DNA of 64,000 nucleotides from Patescibacteria group bacterium (GTDB lineage: Bacteria > Patescibacteriota > CPR2 > UBA1875 > CAIMLA01): NCBI GenBank assembly GCA_041738615.1, contig JBGSPL010000004.1:65203-129202 (forward strand), read 5' to 3'. How positions within the stretch are numbered: position 1 is the first letter of the stretch; every line of letters starts with the position of its first letter. Under the pieces are notes generated by a model. It worked only from the letters and a program-made list of their open reading frames with translations. It ran no database searches and was not told where the DNA came from. Shown one piece after another: positions 39,374 through 48,428 of the stretch. The translations under genes and the position numbers were made by a program.

Positions 39374-40027
39374 ATGAGCGCAGAAACCCCAGATAGAGGA
39401 AGTGATTACTATAAAAACGTTATGGCTCAAGGGCTAGGAGAGTTGCCGAGACAAGCTAGAGCCGAAAAACCTGATGATTGGAAAGCTGCTGCACAAGAGA
39501 TTAAGATTCCAGAACGTGCAGCAAGAGAAGATACAGCTGAACTGGAAAGCGCTAGAGTAAATTTAGAAGCAGCAGGAATTAGCGCCGGGGCAGTTTCGGA
39601 TAAAGTGATTGCCTCAAGAAGCGCGGAAGAGCATGAAAGCAGCGTACGGCAGAAACAAAGGGATAGGCATCTGAGAAATGCCACAGTCAAGGCGGCTGAC
39701 CAGAAAAGAACTCTCAAGCAACTTGGGGTTGGAGCTTTGGCAACGCTTTCTATCCTGGCAGGTTATTTGGGGGTAAAGAGTAACCATGAAGTGAAACCTC
39801 TTGGAGATTCTCCGATTGGAAACAGCGGAATGACTCAGCCGGACAGAGAAGTTAGCAACGACGAGCTAGCCCAAACGGTGGAAAACAATATGAATCAAGC
39901 TGATGCTCAGGCAAAAGCTGACAGCGAGGTTGCCGCTCAGGAAGCAGCAGCGGTTGCTAAAGGCTTGGAAACCGACGGAACTCAAGTGGGTGAGAGCTCC
40001 GAGGGGTTGGATCCGCAAAGAGACTAA
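39374..40027 (+). CDS. Hypothetical single-TM low-complexity protein
   Basis: AGGAG SD; central TM; convergent 4-nt overlap with miaB. Confidence 0.7.
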   Translation: MSAETPDRGSDYYKNVMAQGLGELPRQARAEKPDDWKAAAQEIKIPERAAREDTAELESARVNLEAAGISAGAVSDKVIASRSAEEHESSVRQKQRDRHLRNATVKAADQKRTLKQLGVGALATLSILAGYLGVKSNHEVKPLGDSPIGNSGMTQPDREVSNDELAQTVENNMNQADAQAKADSEVAAQEAAAVAKGLETDGTQVGESSEGLDPQRD

Positions 40028-41325
40028 TCGAGGGCTTCCCCAGATAACTTCCAGCTACTTGTAGATTCGATTTTTACATCAATAAACTGGCCGATCTCGA
40101 GAGGTTGGTCAGTTTTAATTTCTACTACTTTATAACCTGCGGTTCGGCCAAAGTATTTCTTGCCTTTTTGCTCATCGACTAGCACTCTTTGCACTGTTCC
40201 AACAAGCTTCTCGTTATGCGTAAGGACAGAAGCTTTTACAATCTTTTGGAGGGCAGCTTCACGCCCCTTTTTATCTGTTTTTGAAACATTGTCGGGTTGT
40301 TTAGCGCTGACCGTCCCAGAACGGGGCGAGTATTGGGCAATAAAAGCCATGTCATAATCTGCTAGGCGCATTGTTTCTGCAGTATCTTGGAATTGTTCTT
40401 TCGTTTCACCTGGGTATCCTACGATAACGTCAGTCGTCAGGGTGACGTCGGGTAGTGCTTGACGGATTTTTGCTACAAGGGAAAGGTAGTCTTCTTTGGT
40501 ATTATGGCGGTTCATCTTCTGTAGAATTTCATCATTTCCAGATTGAAGAGGTAGGTGAATGTAATGGGGGAAATGTTTTAAGGTGGCCAATGCCAAGATT
40601 AGCTCGTCTGTCATATCTTTTGGGTGATTGGAGTAGAAATAGATGCGGTGTTCACCCGGGATATTATCAAGTCGCTCGAGCAATTCGATAAACTTGTTAT
40701 TTGTTGCTTGTTTTTTGTCGTTTGCTCCATAGGAGTTCACATTTTGACCGACTAAGGTAATCTCCTTATATCCCTTGGTAATCAGTGCCTTTACTTCGTC
40801 ATAAATATCCGTCAGAGGGCGCGATGTCTCTCGGCCTTTAGTATAGGGGACGGCACAGTAGCTACAAAAGTTGTCGCAACCCACGCTGATGGGCACGTAG
40901 GCACGGAAAGTGGATTCATAATGTGGCGCAACTTTAAAGTAATCGACGGAACCTTTCTCTAATTTGTTACCTTCGGAGGTAAAGGTAGAAACGGCGGATA
41001 TTTGTGCAGGGAGATTCTCGATTTCCTTTGTCTCAAGCATAACGTCAAAGACTTTTCCTAGTTTTTTGGCATCTTTCTCGAGGACACAGCCAGTAAGGAC
41101 AGTAATTAGCTGCTCTCCAGTATCTTTTCTGTTTTTGAGGTCTTTTACCTTGCCATAGATACGAAGAATCGCCGATTCGCGGACGGAACAGGAGATAACA
41201 ATAAAGATGTTGGCTTCTGATTCGTCGTAGGTCCTGGTGTGCCCGGTAGCATCAAGAATGGCGGCGATCCTTTCGGAGTCCGAATAATTCATTGCGCAAC
41301 CGAGAATCCAGAAATAGTATTTCAT
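40024..41325 (-). CDS. miaB: tRNA-i6A37 methylthiotransferase
   Basis: GCAMNYSDSE, CDNFCSYC radical-SAM motif, HLPLQSG, TTD.IVG.PGET and TRAM domain. Confidence 0.9.
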   Translation of the reverse strand: MKYYFWILGCAMNYSDSERIAAILDATGHTRTYDESEANIFIVISCSVRESAILRIYGKVKDLKNRKDTGEQLITVLTGCVLEKDAKKLGKVFDVMLETKEIENLPAQISAVSTFTSEGNKLEKGSVDYFKVAPHYESTFRAYVPISVGCDNFCSYCAVPYTKGRETSRPLTDIYDEVKALITKGYKEITLVGQNVNSYGANDKKQATNNKFIELLERLDNIPGEHRIYFYSNHPKDMTDELILALATLKHFPHYIHLPLQSGNDEILQKMNRHNTKEDYLSLVAKIRQALPDVTLTTDVIVGYPGETKEQFQDTAETMRLADYDMAFIAQYSPRSGTVSAKQPDNVSKTDKKGREAALQKIVKASVLTHNEKLVGTVQRVLVDEQKGKKYFGRTAGYKVVEIKTDQPLEIGQFIDVKIESTSSWKLSGEALD

Positions 41326-41354
41326 AGAGCGTAATTTTAGCACAAAAGGAGTTT

Positions 41355-42242
41355 TTATCCTAGCTTATCCATGGCAAAGGCCGCTGCACCAAGTAGGCAT
41401 ACTTCATCGTCGTGATTGGTAAAGAGAAGTTTCGTTTGATTCGAGATTCTGGCATCTAAGCCTGCCGTAAATAGTTCTCGGTTAGCAAGGATTACAGGTC
41501 CTCCCAGAACTATGATCTCTGGTTTGTAACGCTCGATGATTGTAAGGAGTGCAAAGCTGTTTGTGGGACCGATCACATTAACTATAAATTCGTGAGCTTC
41601 TGACTCGGTTTGCTCCGCGGCCATAAATATTTCCTGAACGTCCATATGCACAGGGCTTAATTCCTTGGATTCTCTCCATGCGGCATAGAAAGTCGGGATG
41701 TTCAGCCCAGCAGAGAATGATTCCCAGTGATTTTTGCCACCGCAGCCGCAGGCTTGATTAAAATCCGAAGGTATTTCCAAATGTCCAAGTTCGTCTTTTA
41801 CGGTGTAGAAACGGACAATTTCCCCGCCTTTTACTGCACCCACGCCGATACCAGATGAGATAGTGACATAGACTAAGTCCTCTGAATTATTCCCCCTAGC
41901 TTCATAGTAAGCTGCCGCGGTGGCATCATTGATAATGAAGACGTGTTTGGATAGTTCCATGAAATCATTCTCGTGTAAAGAGAGTCGCCTTGAGACATTA
42001 GTCAAAACCACAGAACCATCCTTGTCCACCGGGCCTGCAACGCTAATTGCTACGCTGTCGATTGTGTCTTGTTGGCATAGGTTTTCGGCCATTATTTTGA
42101 TACTCGATATCAGTCCCGAGCGGGGGGTTTCTGATTTAGTAGACCTAATAATGTGCAGCTTACTATCAAATATAGCGAGTCTCGTATTGGTAGCGCCAAT
42201 ATCGATTGCTAGTATTCTACTATTTAAATTTCTTGAGCTCAT
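41355..42242 (-). CDS. ROK family sugar kinase
   Basis: AIDIGATN, NDA.AAA, ISSGIGVG and ELGH...CGCG..NHWE. Confidence 0.85.
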   Translation of the reverse strand: MSSRNLNSRILAIDIGATNTRLAIFDSKLHIIRSTKSETPRSGLISSIKIMAENLCQQDTIDSVAISVAGPVDKDGSVVLTNVSRRLSLHENDFMELSKHVFIINDATAAAYYEARGNNSEDLVYVTISSGIGVGAVKGGEIVRFYTVKDELGHLEIPSDFNQACGCGGKNHWESFSAGLNIPTFYAAWRESKELSPVHMDVQEIFMAAEQTESEAHEFIVNVIGPTNSFALLTIIERYKPEIIVLGGPVILANRELFTAGLDARISNQTKLLFTNHDDEVCLLGAAAFAMDKLG

Positions 42243-43353
42243 TTGCGATAGTCTCCACAACTCTTGGGTCAAAAATAGAAGGGATGATGTTGTCTTTTGT
42301 TGGTTCTGCAATTAGTAAAGCGATGGCTTCTGCTACTGTGACCTTGATATCGTTTGTAACGTGTTTGATTTTATTGTCCAGTAGTCCGCGAAAGAGACCG
42401 GGGAAAACCAGCGCATTGTTTAGTTGGTTTGGAAAATCAGAACGCCCGGTGGCGATTACTGCGGCTCCACCCTTGGCAGCTTCTTCTGGTAGGATTTCAG
42501 GGACGGGATTTGCGAGAGCAAAAACGACGGCATTATCATTCATGGTTTTTATGTCTTTTGAGTCAAACTGATTTGGTTGAGAAACGCCAATCAATACATC
42601 GGCACCGACGAGTGAAAGTGCACAGCTCCCTGTCTCACAGCTGTGGTTACTGCGAGCCATGGCCTCCTTTTTGTAGCCGTTGATATCGGTTCTATCGGCG
42701 GAAATAGTGCCTCTGGAGTCGCACATGCAATAGTTTGTAAACCCATAGCTTGCGAGTAGCTCTGCAATGGCGATACCCGCCGCCCCTGCCCCAGAGATTA
42801 CGATTTTTACAGATTTATCTTTGCCTACGACCTTGATAGCATTGATGAGTCCAGCGAGAACAACGATGGCCGTTCCATGTTGGTCGTCATGAAAAACTGG
42901 GATGTCGAGTTCTACTTCTAGTCGGCGTTCGATCTCAAAACACCGCGGAGCGGAGATGTCTTCTAGGTTGATGCCGCCAAATGAGGGCTCCAAGTATTTG
43001 ATAGTTTTGATGATCTCCTCCGTATCCTGAGTGTTCAAGCAGATAGCGGAAGCATCAATTTTTGCAAATTGAGAGAATATGGCTGCTTTCCCCTCCATGA
43101 CGGGCATGGCTGCCTCTGGGCCGATGTTTCCGAGGCCGAGTACGGCAGAGCCATCGGTCACAATCGCCACTCTGTTGCCTCGCCCTGTGAGCTCCCAGCT
43201 CAGGGTCTTGTCTTTGGCAATTGCATCGGAAACTGCGCCTACCCCGGGGGTATAAGCTATCGGTAGTGTGGTTTCGTCTAGTTTGATCTTCGAAGAAACG
43301 TGTGTTTTCCCAATTAGTTCCTTATGAAATTGTATTGGATCTAGTCTATTCAT
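42220..43353 (-). CDS. NAD(P)-dependent malic enzyme
   Basis: [36 protein letters not shown] and [10 protein letters not shown]. Confidence 0.94.
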   Translation of the reverse strand: MNRLDPIQFHKELIGKTHVSSKIKLDETTLPIAYTPGVGAVSDAIAKDKTLSWELTGRGNRVAIVTDGSAVLGLGNIGPEAAMPVMEGKAAIFSQFAKIDASAICLNTQDTEEIIKTIKYLEPSFGGINLEDISAPRCFEIERRLEVELDIPVFHDDQHGTAIVVLAGLINAIKVVGKDKSVKIVISGAGAAGIAIAELLASYGFTNYCMCDSRGTISADRTDINGYKKEAMARSNHSCETGSCALSLVGADVLIGVSQPNQFDSKDIKTMNDNAVVFALANPVPEILPEEAAKGGAAVIATGRSDFPNQLNNALVFPGLFRGLLDNKIKHVTNDIKVTVAEAIALLIAEPTKDNIIPSIFDPRVVETIANELKKFK

Positions 43354-43415
43354 TCGTGTATTTTACCACCCTTCCTTCCTCTGATACAATTGGTTGGTAA
43401 TAGAAGGAGTCAGAA

Positions 43416-44663
43416 ATGTCAGAGATGAATCCGTACGACCAAGCTCTAGCTCAGCTAGCGGCAGCGGCAGAAATAATGACCATTGACGATAGCGTACTAA
43501 ATATTCTCCGTACTCCCAAGAAGGTGATGCTTGCATCTATACCTGTAAAAATGGACGACCAGACAATCCAGGTTTTCGAAGGTTACCGCGTGCAGCACAA
43601 CGACGCTCGAGGTCCGCACAAGGGCGGGATTCGTTTTCATCCTCATGTAGATTTATCCGAGGTAAAGGCACTGGCTTTTTGGATGAGCATCAAGACCGCA
43701 GTACTTGACGTGCCGTTCGGCGGCGCCAAGGGTGGCGTAACGGTAGATCCAAAAAAACTTTCTAAAGGCGAGATAGAGCGACTTTCTCGTGGCTACGTGA
43801 AGGCATTTTACCCAATTATCGGTCCAAGACAGGATATACCAGCGCCGGATGTTTATACAAATCCACAGATTATGGCCTGGATGATGGACGAATATTCTAC
43901 GATATCAGGGGCACATGAGCCCGGATCGTTCACAGGCAAACCACTTGAGGTGGGAGGATCGATTGATCGTGACACGGCGACTGCTCAGGGGGGAGTTTAT
44001 GTCCTCGAGGAAGCGATAAAACATTATTTACCAAAGAAAAAGCAGTACACGGTAGCAATCCAGGGTTTCGGGAATGCGGGCGCGGTAGCCGCGGAGATAC
44101 TGTTTTACCTAGATGATAAGTACAAGATAGTGGCAGTTTCTGACTCTAAGGGTGGGGTCTACGACGAAAAAGGATTGGATATTCCGTTTGCAATCGCCTA
44201 CAAGAAAGAGAACGGTAGCCTCGCTGAGTATGACAATGCAAAGACAATAACCAATGATGATCTGCTGGCTCTCGATGTCGATATATTGGTTCCAGCCGCC
44301 TTTGAGGATACTATTACTTCGAAGAATGCAGAAAGTGTGAATGCGAAGGTAATTCTAGAGCTCGCCAACGGCCCAGTCACGGCTGCCGCAGAGAAGGTAT
44401 TGCTAGGTAGGGGGTTTACAATTCTTCCAGATATTCTAGCGAATGCCGGAGGAGTTACGGTCAGTTATTTCGAATGGGTACAGAATAACAGCGGGCTATA
44501 TTGGGATTCTGCTGAAGTACAACAACGGCTCTCTGCCAAGATGGCCTCTGCCCTAAACTCAGTAATGGATCTATCAAAAGAGTACGAAACAGATCTCAGG
44601 ACGGCAGCCTACATGCTCGCAGTATCGAGGATCGCAAAAGCCCAGGATTTACGCGGGCTATAG
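43416..44663 (+). CDS. gdhA: Glu/Leu/Phe/Val dehydrogenase (glutamate dehydrogenase)
   Basis: [26 protein letters not shown] and [13 protein letters not shown]. Confidence 0.92.
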   Translation: MSEMNPYDQALAQLAAAAEIMTIDDSVLNILRTPKKVMLASIPVKMDDQTIQVFEGYRVQHNDARGPHKGGIRFHPHVDLSEVKALAFWMSIKTAVLDVPFGGAKGGVTVDPKKLSKGEIERLSRGYVKAFYPIIGPRQDIPAPDVYTNPQIMAWMMDEYSTISGAHEPGSFTGKPLEVGGSIDRDTATAQGGVYVLEEAIKHYLPKKKQYTVAIQGFGNAGAVAAEILFYLDDKYKIVAVSDSKGGVYDEKGLDIPFAIAYKKENGSLAEYDNAKTITNDDLLALDVDILVPAAFEDTITSKNAESVNAKVILELANGPVTAAAEKVLLGRGFTILPDILANAGGVTVSYFEWVQNNSGLYWDSAEVQQRLSAKMASALNSVMDLSKEYETDLRTAAYMLAVSRIAKAQDLRGL

Positions 44664-44693
44664 TTTCCGTTAGACGATAAATAAAAAAGCTGA

Positions 44694-45059
44694 CTAGATT
44701 TCGTCAGCTTTTTTGATCGCGGTTATTAGTAGTGCTAGCGAAGGCTCTTGATCATATGGTTCTAGGCAGTAGATTCTCTTTTCGAGGGCAGCAGCATACC
44801 CGATCTCTTGCATCATCGATTTGCCGAATTCACCATCGTAGTTGAGTACATAGAGTGCATCAGAATCACTAAGTTCGCGGTAATATTCACGAACGGCCTC
44901 CAAGTATTGGGACTCGTCGATTTCTAGGCCGCTTTTGCCAAACAGACGCATGTCAATGTCGAGTGGAGTGGTACAGTCGTGACCGTTGTTCTCGAGGGTA
45001 GCCTTGGTCTCCGGCCACCGCTCCCAGTGCTTATACTTAGAGCAGATTAGGATTTTCAT
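44694..45059 (-). CDS. Deoxyribosyltransferase-like small protein
   Basis: SDALYVLN..G..GKS..QEIGYA motif; ATGA overlap with thrS. Confidence 0.6.
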   Translation of the reverse strand: MKILICSKYKHWERWPETKATLENNGHDCTTPLDIDMRLFGKSGLEIDESQYLEAVREYYRELSDSDALYVLNYDGEFGKSMMQEIGYAAALEKRIYCLEPYDQEPSLALLITAIKKADEI

Positions 45060-46768
45060 GAAGCTAGTTTTTTGACCTCGGCGATGGTCATGAGTCCGAG
45101 GTCACCATCGGCATAGGAGCGCACCGAAAATTTGCCAGATTCTAGCTCTTTGTCTCCGACTACTAGCATAAACGGATGTTTCTGCATTTCTGCATTCCGA
45201 ATTTTCTTCCCTACAGACTCTTTACTCTCGTCGATAGTTACGCGAGCCCCTGCTTCCCTAAGTTCCTTAGCTACCTTGGCGCAGTATTCGACATGTCGGT
45301 CCGCAACAGGCAGCAAGGCTACCTGGAAAGGGGAGAGCCAGGCTGGTAATGCGCCAGCGTAGTTCTCGAGCAGAATCCCCATAAATCTCTCTAGGGAACC
45401 AAATACGGTGCGGTGAATCATTACTGGTCGCTTGCGGTCTCCGTTTTCGTCTACGTATTCAAGATCAAAGCGTTCTGGCATCGAGAAGTCGAGTTGTATA
45501 GTGGCACATTGCCAAGTGCGGCCGATAGCGTCGGTGATATGAAAGTCAAACTTGGGACCATAGAAGGCGCCATCACCAGGGTTTACGACGAAGTCTAGTT
45601 TTAGATCTTTTGCGACCTCTTCCATCACTGACTCGGCGTGCGTCCAGATCTCATCTGAGCCGATGGATTTCTCGGGGCGGGTAGAAAGCTCAACATGGTA
45701 TTTGTCAAATCCCAGCTCTTTGTACATCTTCTCAATTAGTCGGATAACCCCCTCTAATTCATCTTTGGCCTGTGCTTCGGTACAGTAGATGTGGGCATCA
45801 TCCTGAGTAAATGAGCGAACACGGAAGAGGCCATGTAGCGCTCCTGAGAGCTCATGTCTGTGCACGAGTCCTAGTTCGGCATAACGAAGGGGTAGCTCGC
45901 GGTACGAGTGAAGACCAGATTTATAGATTTGGATTCCGCCTGGGCAGTTCATCGGCTTGATAGCATATCCTTGCTCATCAATAGTAGTGAAATACATGTT
46001 GTTTTTGTAGTTGTCCCAGTGACCAGACTGGTGCCAGAGTTCCTCACGAAGGATAATTGGGGTATTAATCTCCTCATATCCAGCATTCTTGTGTTCACTT
46101 TTCCAGTATTCTGTGAGGAGGTTGCGTACCACCATTCCCTTTGGATGCCAAAAGGGGAATCCTGGTCCTTCTTCGTGGAAAGAGAAGAGGTCCAGCTCTG
46201 TACCGAGCCGACGGTGGTCGCGCTTCTTGGCTTCTTCCTGGAGTCTCTCGTAATCTGCAAGCTCTTCAGCGGTATCAAAAGCCAGGCCATAGATGCGTTG
46301 CAGCATCTTGTTCTTCTCGCTGCCTTTCCAGTAAGCACCAGCAATGGAGGTAAGCTTGAATGCCTTACTGTCTAGTTCCTTGGTATTCTCGACGTGAGGA
46401 CCAGCGCAAAGATCTACAAAGCCGTCTACGCGATAGAAAGAAACAGTTTTTTCGCCTTTTGCAGTCAGGTCCTCGATAAGCTCCGCTTTGTATATTTGCT
46501 TTTTCTTTTTGGCTTCTGCCAAAGCATCGGCGACAGGCACCTCTGAGCGCTCAAAACTGTCACCAGACTTGATGAGCTGTTTCATAGCCTTCTGTAGCAG
46601 AGGTAAGTCCTCTGGGATTAGTGTTCTAGGCAATTCGAAATCGTAATAGAAACCATTATCAATCGCTGGGCCTATTGCCAGCTTTGCCTCAGGGAACATC
46701 TCCAGTACGGCAGCTGCTAATATGTGGCCGTAGCTGTGTCTTTTAGTCTCTATACTAGCTTTACTCAT
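45056..46768 (-). CDS. thrS: Threonine-tRNA ligase (no N-terminal TGS domain)
   Basis: RHSYGH, DLCAGPH, RDHR, KPMNCP, FTQDDAH, GAFYGPK and IHR. Confidence 0.97.
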   Translation of the reverse strand: MSKASIETKRHSYGHILAAAVLEMFPEAKLAIGPAIDNGFYYDFELPRTLIPEDLPLLQKAMKQLIKSGDSFERSEVPVADALAEAKKKKQIYKAELIEDLTAKGEKTVSFYRVDGFVDLCAGPHVENTKELDSKAFKLTSIAGAYWKGSEKNKMLQRIYGLAFDTAEELADYERLQEEAKKRDHRRLGTELDLFSFHEEGPGFPFWHPKGMVVRNLLTEYWKSEHKNAGYEEINTPIILREELWHQSGHWDNYKNNMYFTTIDEQGYAIKPMNCPGGIQIYKSGLHSYRELPLRYAELGLVHRHELSGALHGLFRVRSFTQDDAHIYCTEAQAKDELEGVIRLIEKMYKELGFDKYHVELSTRPEKSIGSDEIWTHAESVMEEVAKDLKLDFVVNPGDGAFYGPKFDFHITDAIGRTWQCATIQLDFSMPERFDLEYVDENGDRKRPVMIHRTVFGSLERFMGILLENYAGALPAWLSPFQVALLPVADRHVEYCAKVAKELREAGARVTIDESKESVGKKIRNAEMQKHPFMLVVGDKELESGKFSVRSYADGDLGLMTIAEVKKLAS

Positions 46769-47030
46769 TTTTGTCTCCATGATCTGCTCTAATTTCTTTT
46801 ACTTGTTTTTCGGTATACTCTTTATATTTTACCAAACTCGAATCGTCTGTAATGCCTTCTCCCCAGGCCGCGTCACGAACTCTACGCCAGACCTGATCAC
46901 CCACATCTATCTGATGCTCTCCGAGAAGCCTGTCCATGTCGGTAATCTCAGCCTCAAGTTGTTCGAAAAAAGCTCGATTTGCCTTTGTGCGCTCAATCAT
47001 TTCACCTTGGTTTTCGGTTATTTCTCTCAT
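46761..47030 (-). CDS. Hypothetical protein between the T-box and thrS
   Basis: AAGGAG SD; ATGAGTAA overlap with the thrS start. Confidence 0.7.
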   Translation of the reverse strand: MREITENQGEMIERTKANRAFFEQLEAEITDMDRLLGEHQIDVGDQVWRRVRDAAWGEGITDDSSLVKYKEYTEKQVKEIRADHGDKNE

Positions 47031-47044
47031 CTTCTCTCCTTAAA

Positions 47045-47205
47045 TAAAAATACGGCCAAATCTGGCCGTCAAGTCCCGTAATCCAACGGGAGGTTCCACT
47101 CGACTTTCCCCGACGCTTTGGACGGGAACTCTCTTTGGCCCATATCCACCTGGGCTCCTGGGTGAGACTCGGAGGTTGGTGAGGCCTCGTCGCGGTCTAA
47201 ATCTA
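47045..47205 (-). promoter_or_regulatory. T-box riboswitch (Thr), compact
   Basis: Antiterminator GUCGAG-UGGAACC-UCCCG..CGGGA-CUUGAC; terminator ACGGCCA/UGGCCGU plus U-tract; ACC specifier candidate; upstream TTGTAA-17-TATACT promoter. Confidence 0.8.
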
Positions 47206-47242
47206 TGAATTGAGTATACTACCCAACGTTGTGGTTTACAAA

Positions 47243-47319
47243 TGGTGGGTGATACAGGGCTCGAACCTGTGACCTCTGCAATGTCAATGCAACGCTCTAG
47301 CCAGCTGAGCTAATCACCC
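47243..47319 (-). tRNA. tRNA-Val (GAC)
   Basis: Cloverleaf; loop TTGACAT; CCA end. Confidence 0.96.
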
Positions 47320-47391
47320 GCAACCCGAGTATTTTAGCATTTTTTGCTTCAATTTTCAACGATTTTACGCTAGAATAGGCTAGTTATTCGC

Positions 47392-47478
47392 GGGGATGTG
47401 GTGAAATTGGTATACACGCTACGTTCAGGTCGTAGTGGGGTCAAACCCGTGGGAGTTCGAGTCTCCCCATCCCCACCA
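47392..47478 (+). tRNA. tRNA-Leu (CAG)
   Basis: Long variable arm; loop TTCAGGT; CCA end followed by a terminator hairpin. Confidence 0.96.
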
Positions 47479-47616
47479 TAATAAAAACCCAACATTTGTT
47501 GGGTTTTTATTATGGCATTAAATACCGTTGACAAAATCTTTCCACTTTCTCTTTAATTGCTTTATACTACGGTTATAGGGTGTTTAAGGAATCTCAAAAG
47601 GAAGGAGGTGAAAAAA

Positions 47617-48291
47617 ATGCAAGATATCGCACAAGTTACTTCGACTGCTGTCGTTGACTCACTATCCAAAATCGTTAGCTATCTTCCAAACGTCTTAGGC
47701 GCTTTGGTAATACTGCTGATTGGTGTCGTAGTCGGCTGGGCAGTCAAGTTTGTTATTGTAAAGGGTCTTGGGTTCATCAAACTCAAGAAATATACCGACG
47801 CAGTTGGCCTGGGCAACATCTTCACACAGAAGGTAGAATTCGTTACTCTTCTCGGAGATCTCGCTAAATGGACAGTTGTAATCGCTTTCCTTCTGCCAGC
47901 TTTCCAGGTTCTGAACCTAGAGGCTGCAAACGAAATCGTACTTGGTATCCTGTCTTATATCCCCGATGTTATCAAAGCCGTTGTTGCTATCGTAATTGGT
48001 GCTGTAGTTGCTGATCTCGCTTCACGCGTGATTCGTGCTACTGCTGCTACTATCGGTACACATACAGCTGACATCGCTGCCGATGTTGCTCGCTGGGCTA
48101 TCATGGCCTTCGTGCTTCTTGGCGCACTACAACAGCTCAATATCTTACCAGAGCTCGTTAGCACACTTACTATCGGTGTCGTCGCTTTCTTCGTCATCGC
48201 TGGTGGTCTCGCTTTCGGTCTAGGTTCTAAGGATGCTGCAGCTGACGTTGTTGCAAATTTCCGCAAGCGTCTACCAAAAGACAAAAAATAG
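47617..48291 (+). CDS. Mechanosensitive-channel TM-helix (CmpX/TM_helix-like) membrane protein
   Basis: YLPNVLGAL and YIPDVI repeats, LAFGLG; AGGAGGTG SD before ATG 47617. Confidence 0.8.
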   Translation: MQDIAQVTSTAVVDSLSKIVSYLPNVLGALVILLIGVVVGWAVKFVIVKGLGFIKLKKYTDAVGLGNIFTQKVEFVTLLGDLAKWTVVIAFLLPAFQVLNLEAANEIVLGILSYIPDVIKAVVAIVIGAVVADLASRVIRATAATIGTHTADIAADVARWAIMAFVLLGALQQLNILPELVSTLTIGVVAFFVIAGGLAFGLGSKDAAADVVANFRKRLPKDKK

Positions 48292-48428
48292 GGGACAATT
48301 GCCCAAAAATATAAGAGGTTTTGCCGCATTAGTGGGGAAGCCTCTTTTATATTGTGGAACTGGTCATAAAAAGTAGTATTACAAAGCTAGTTTGTGTATA
48401 ATATTTATAGCGAATAGGAGGGCTAACT

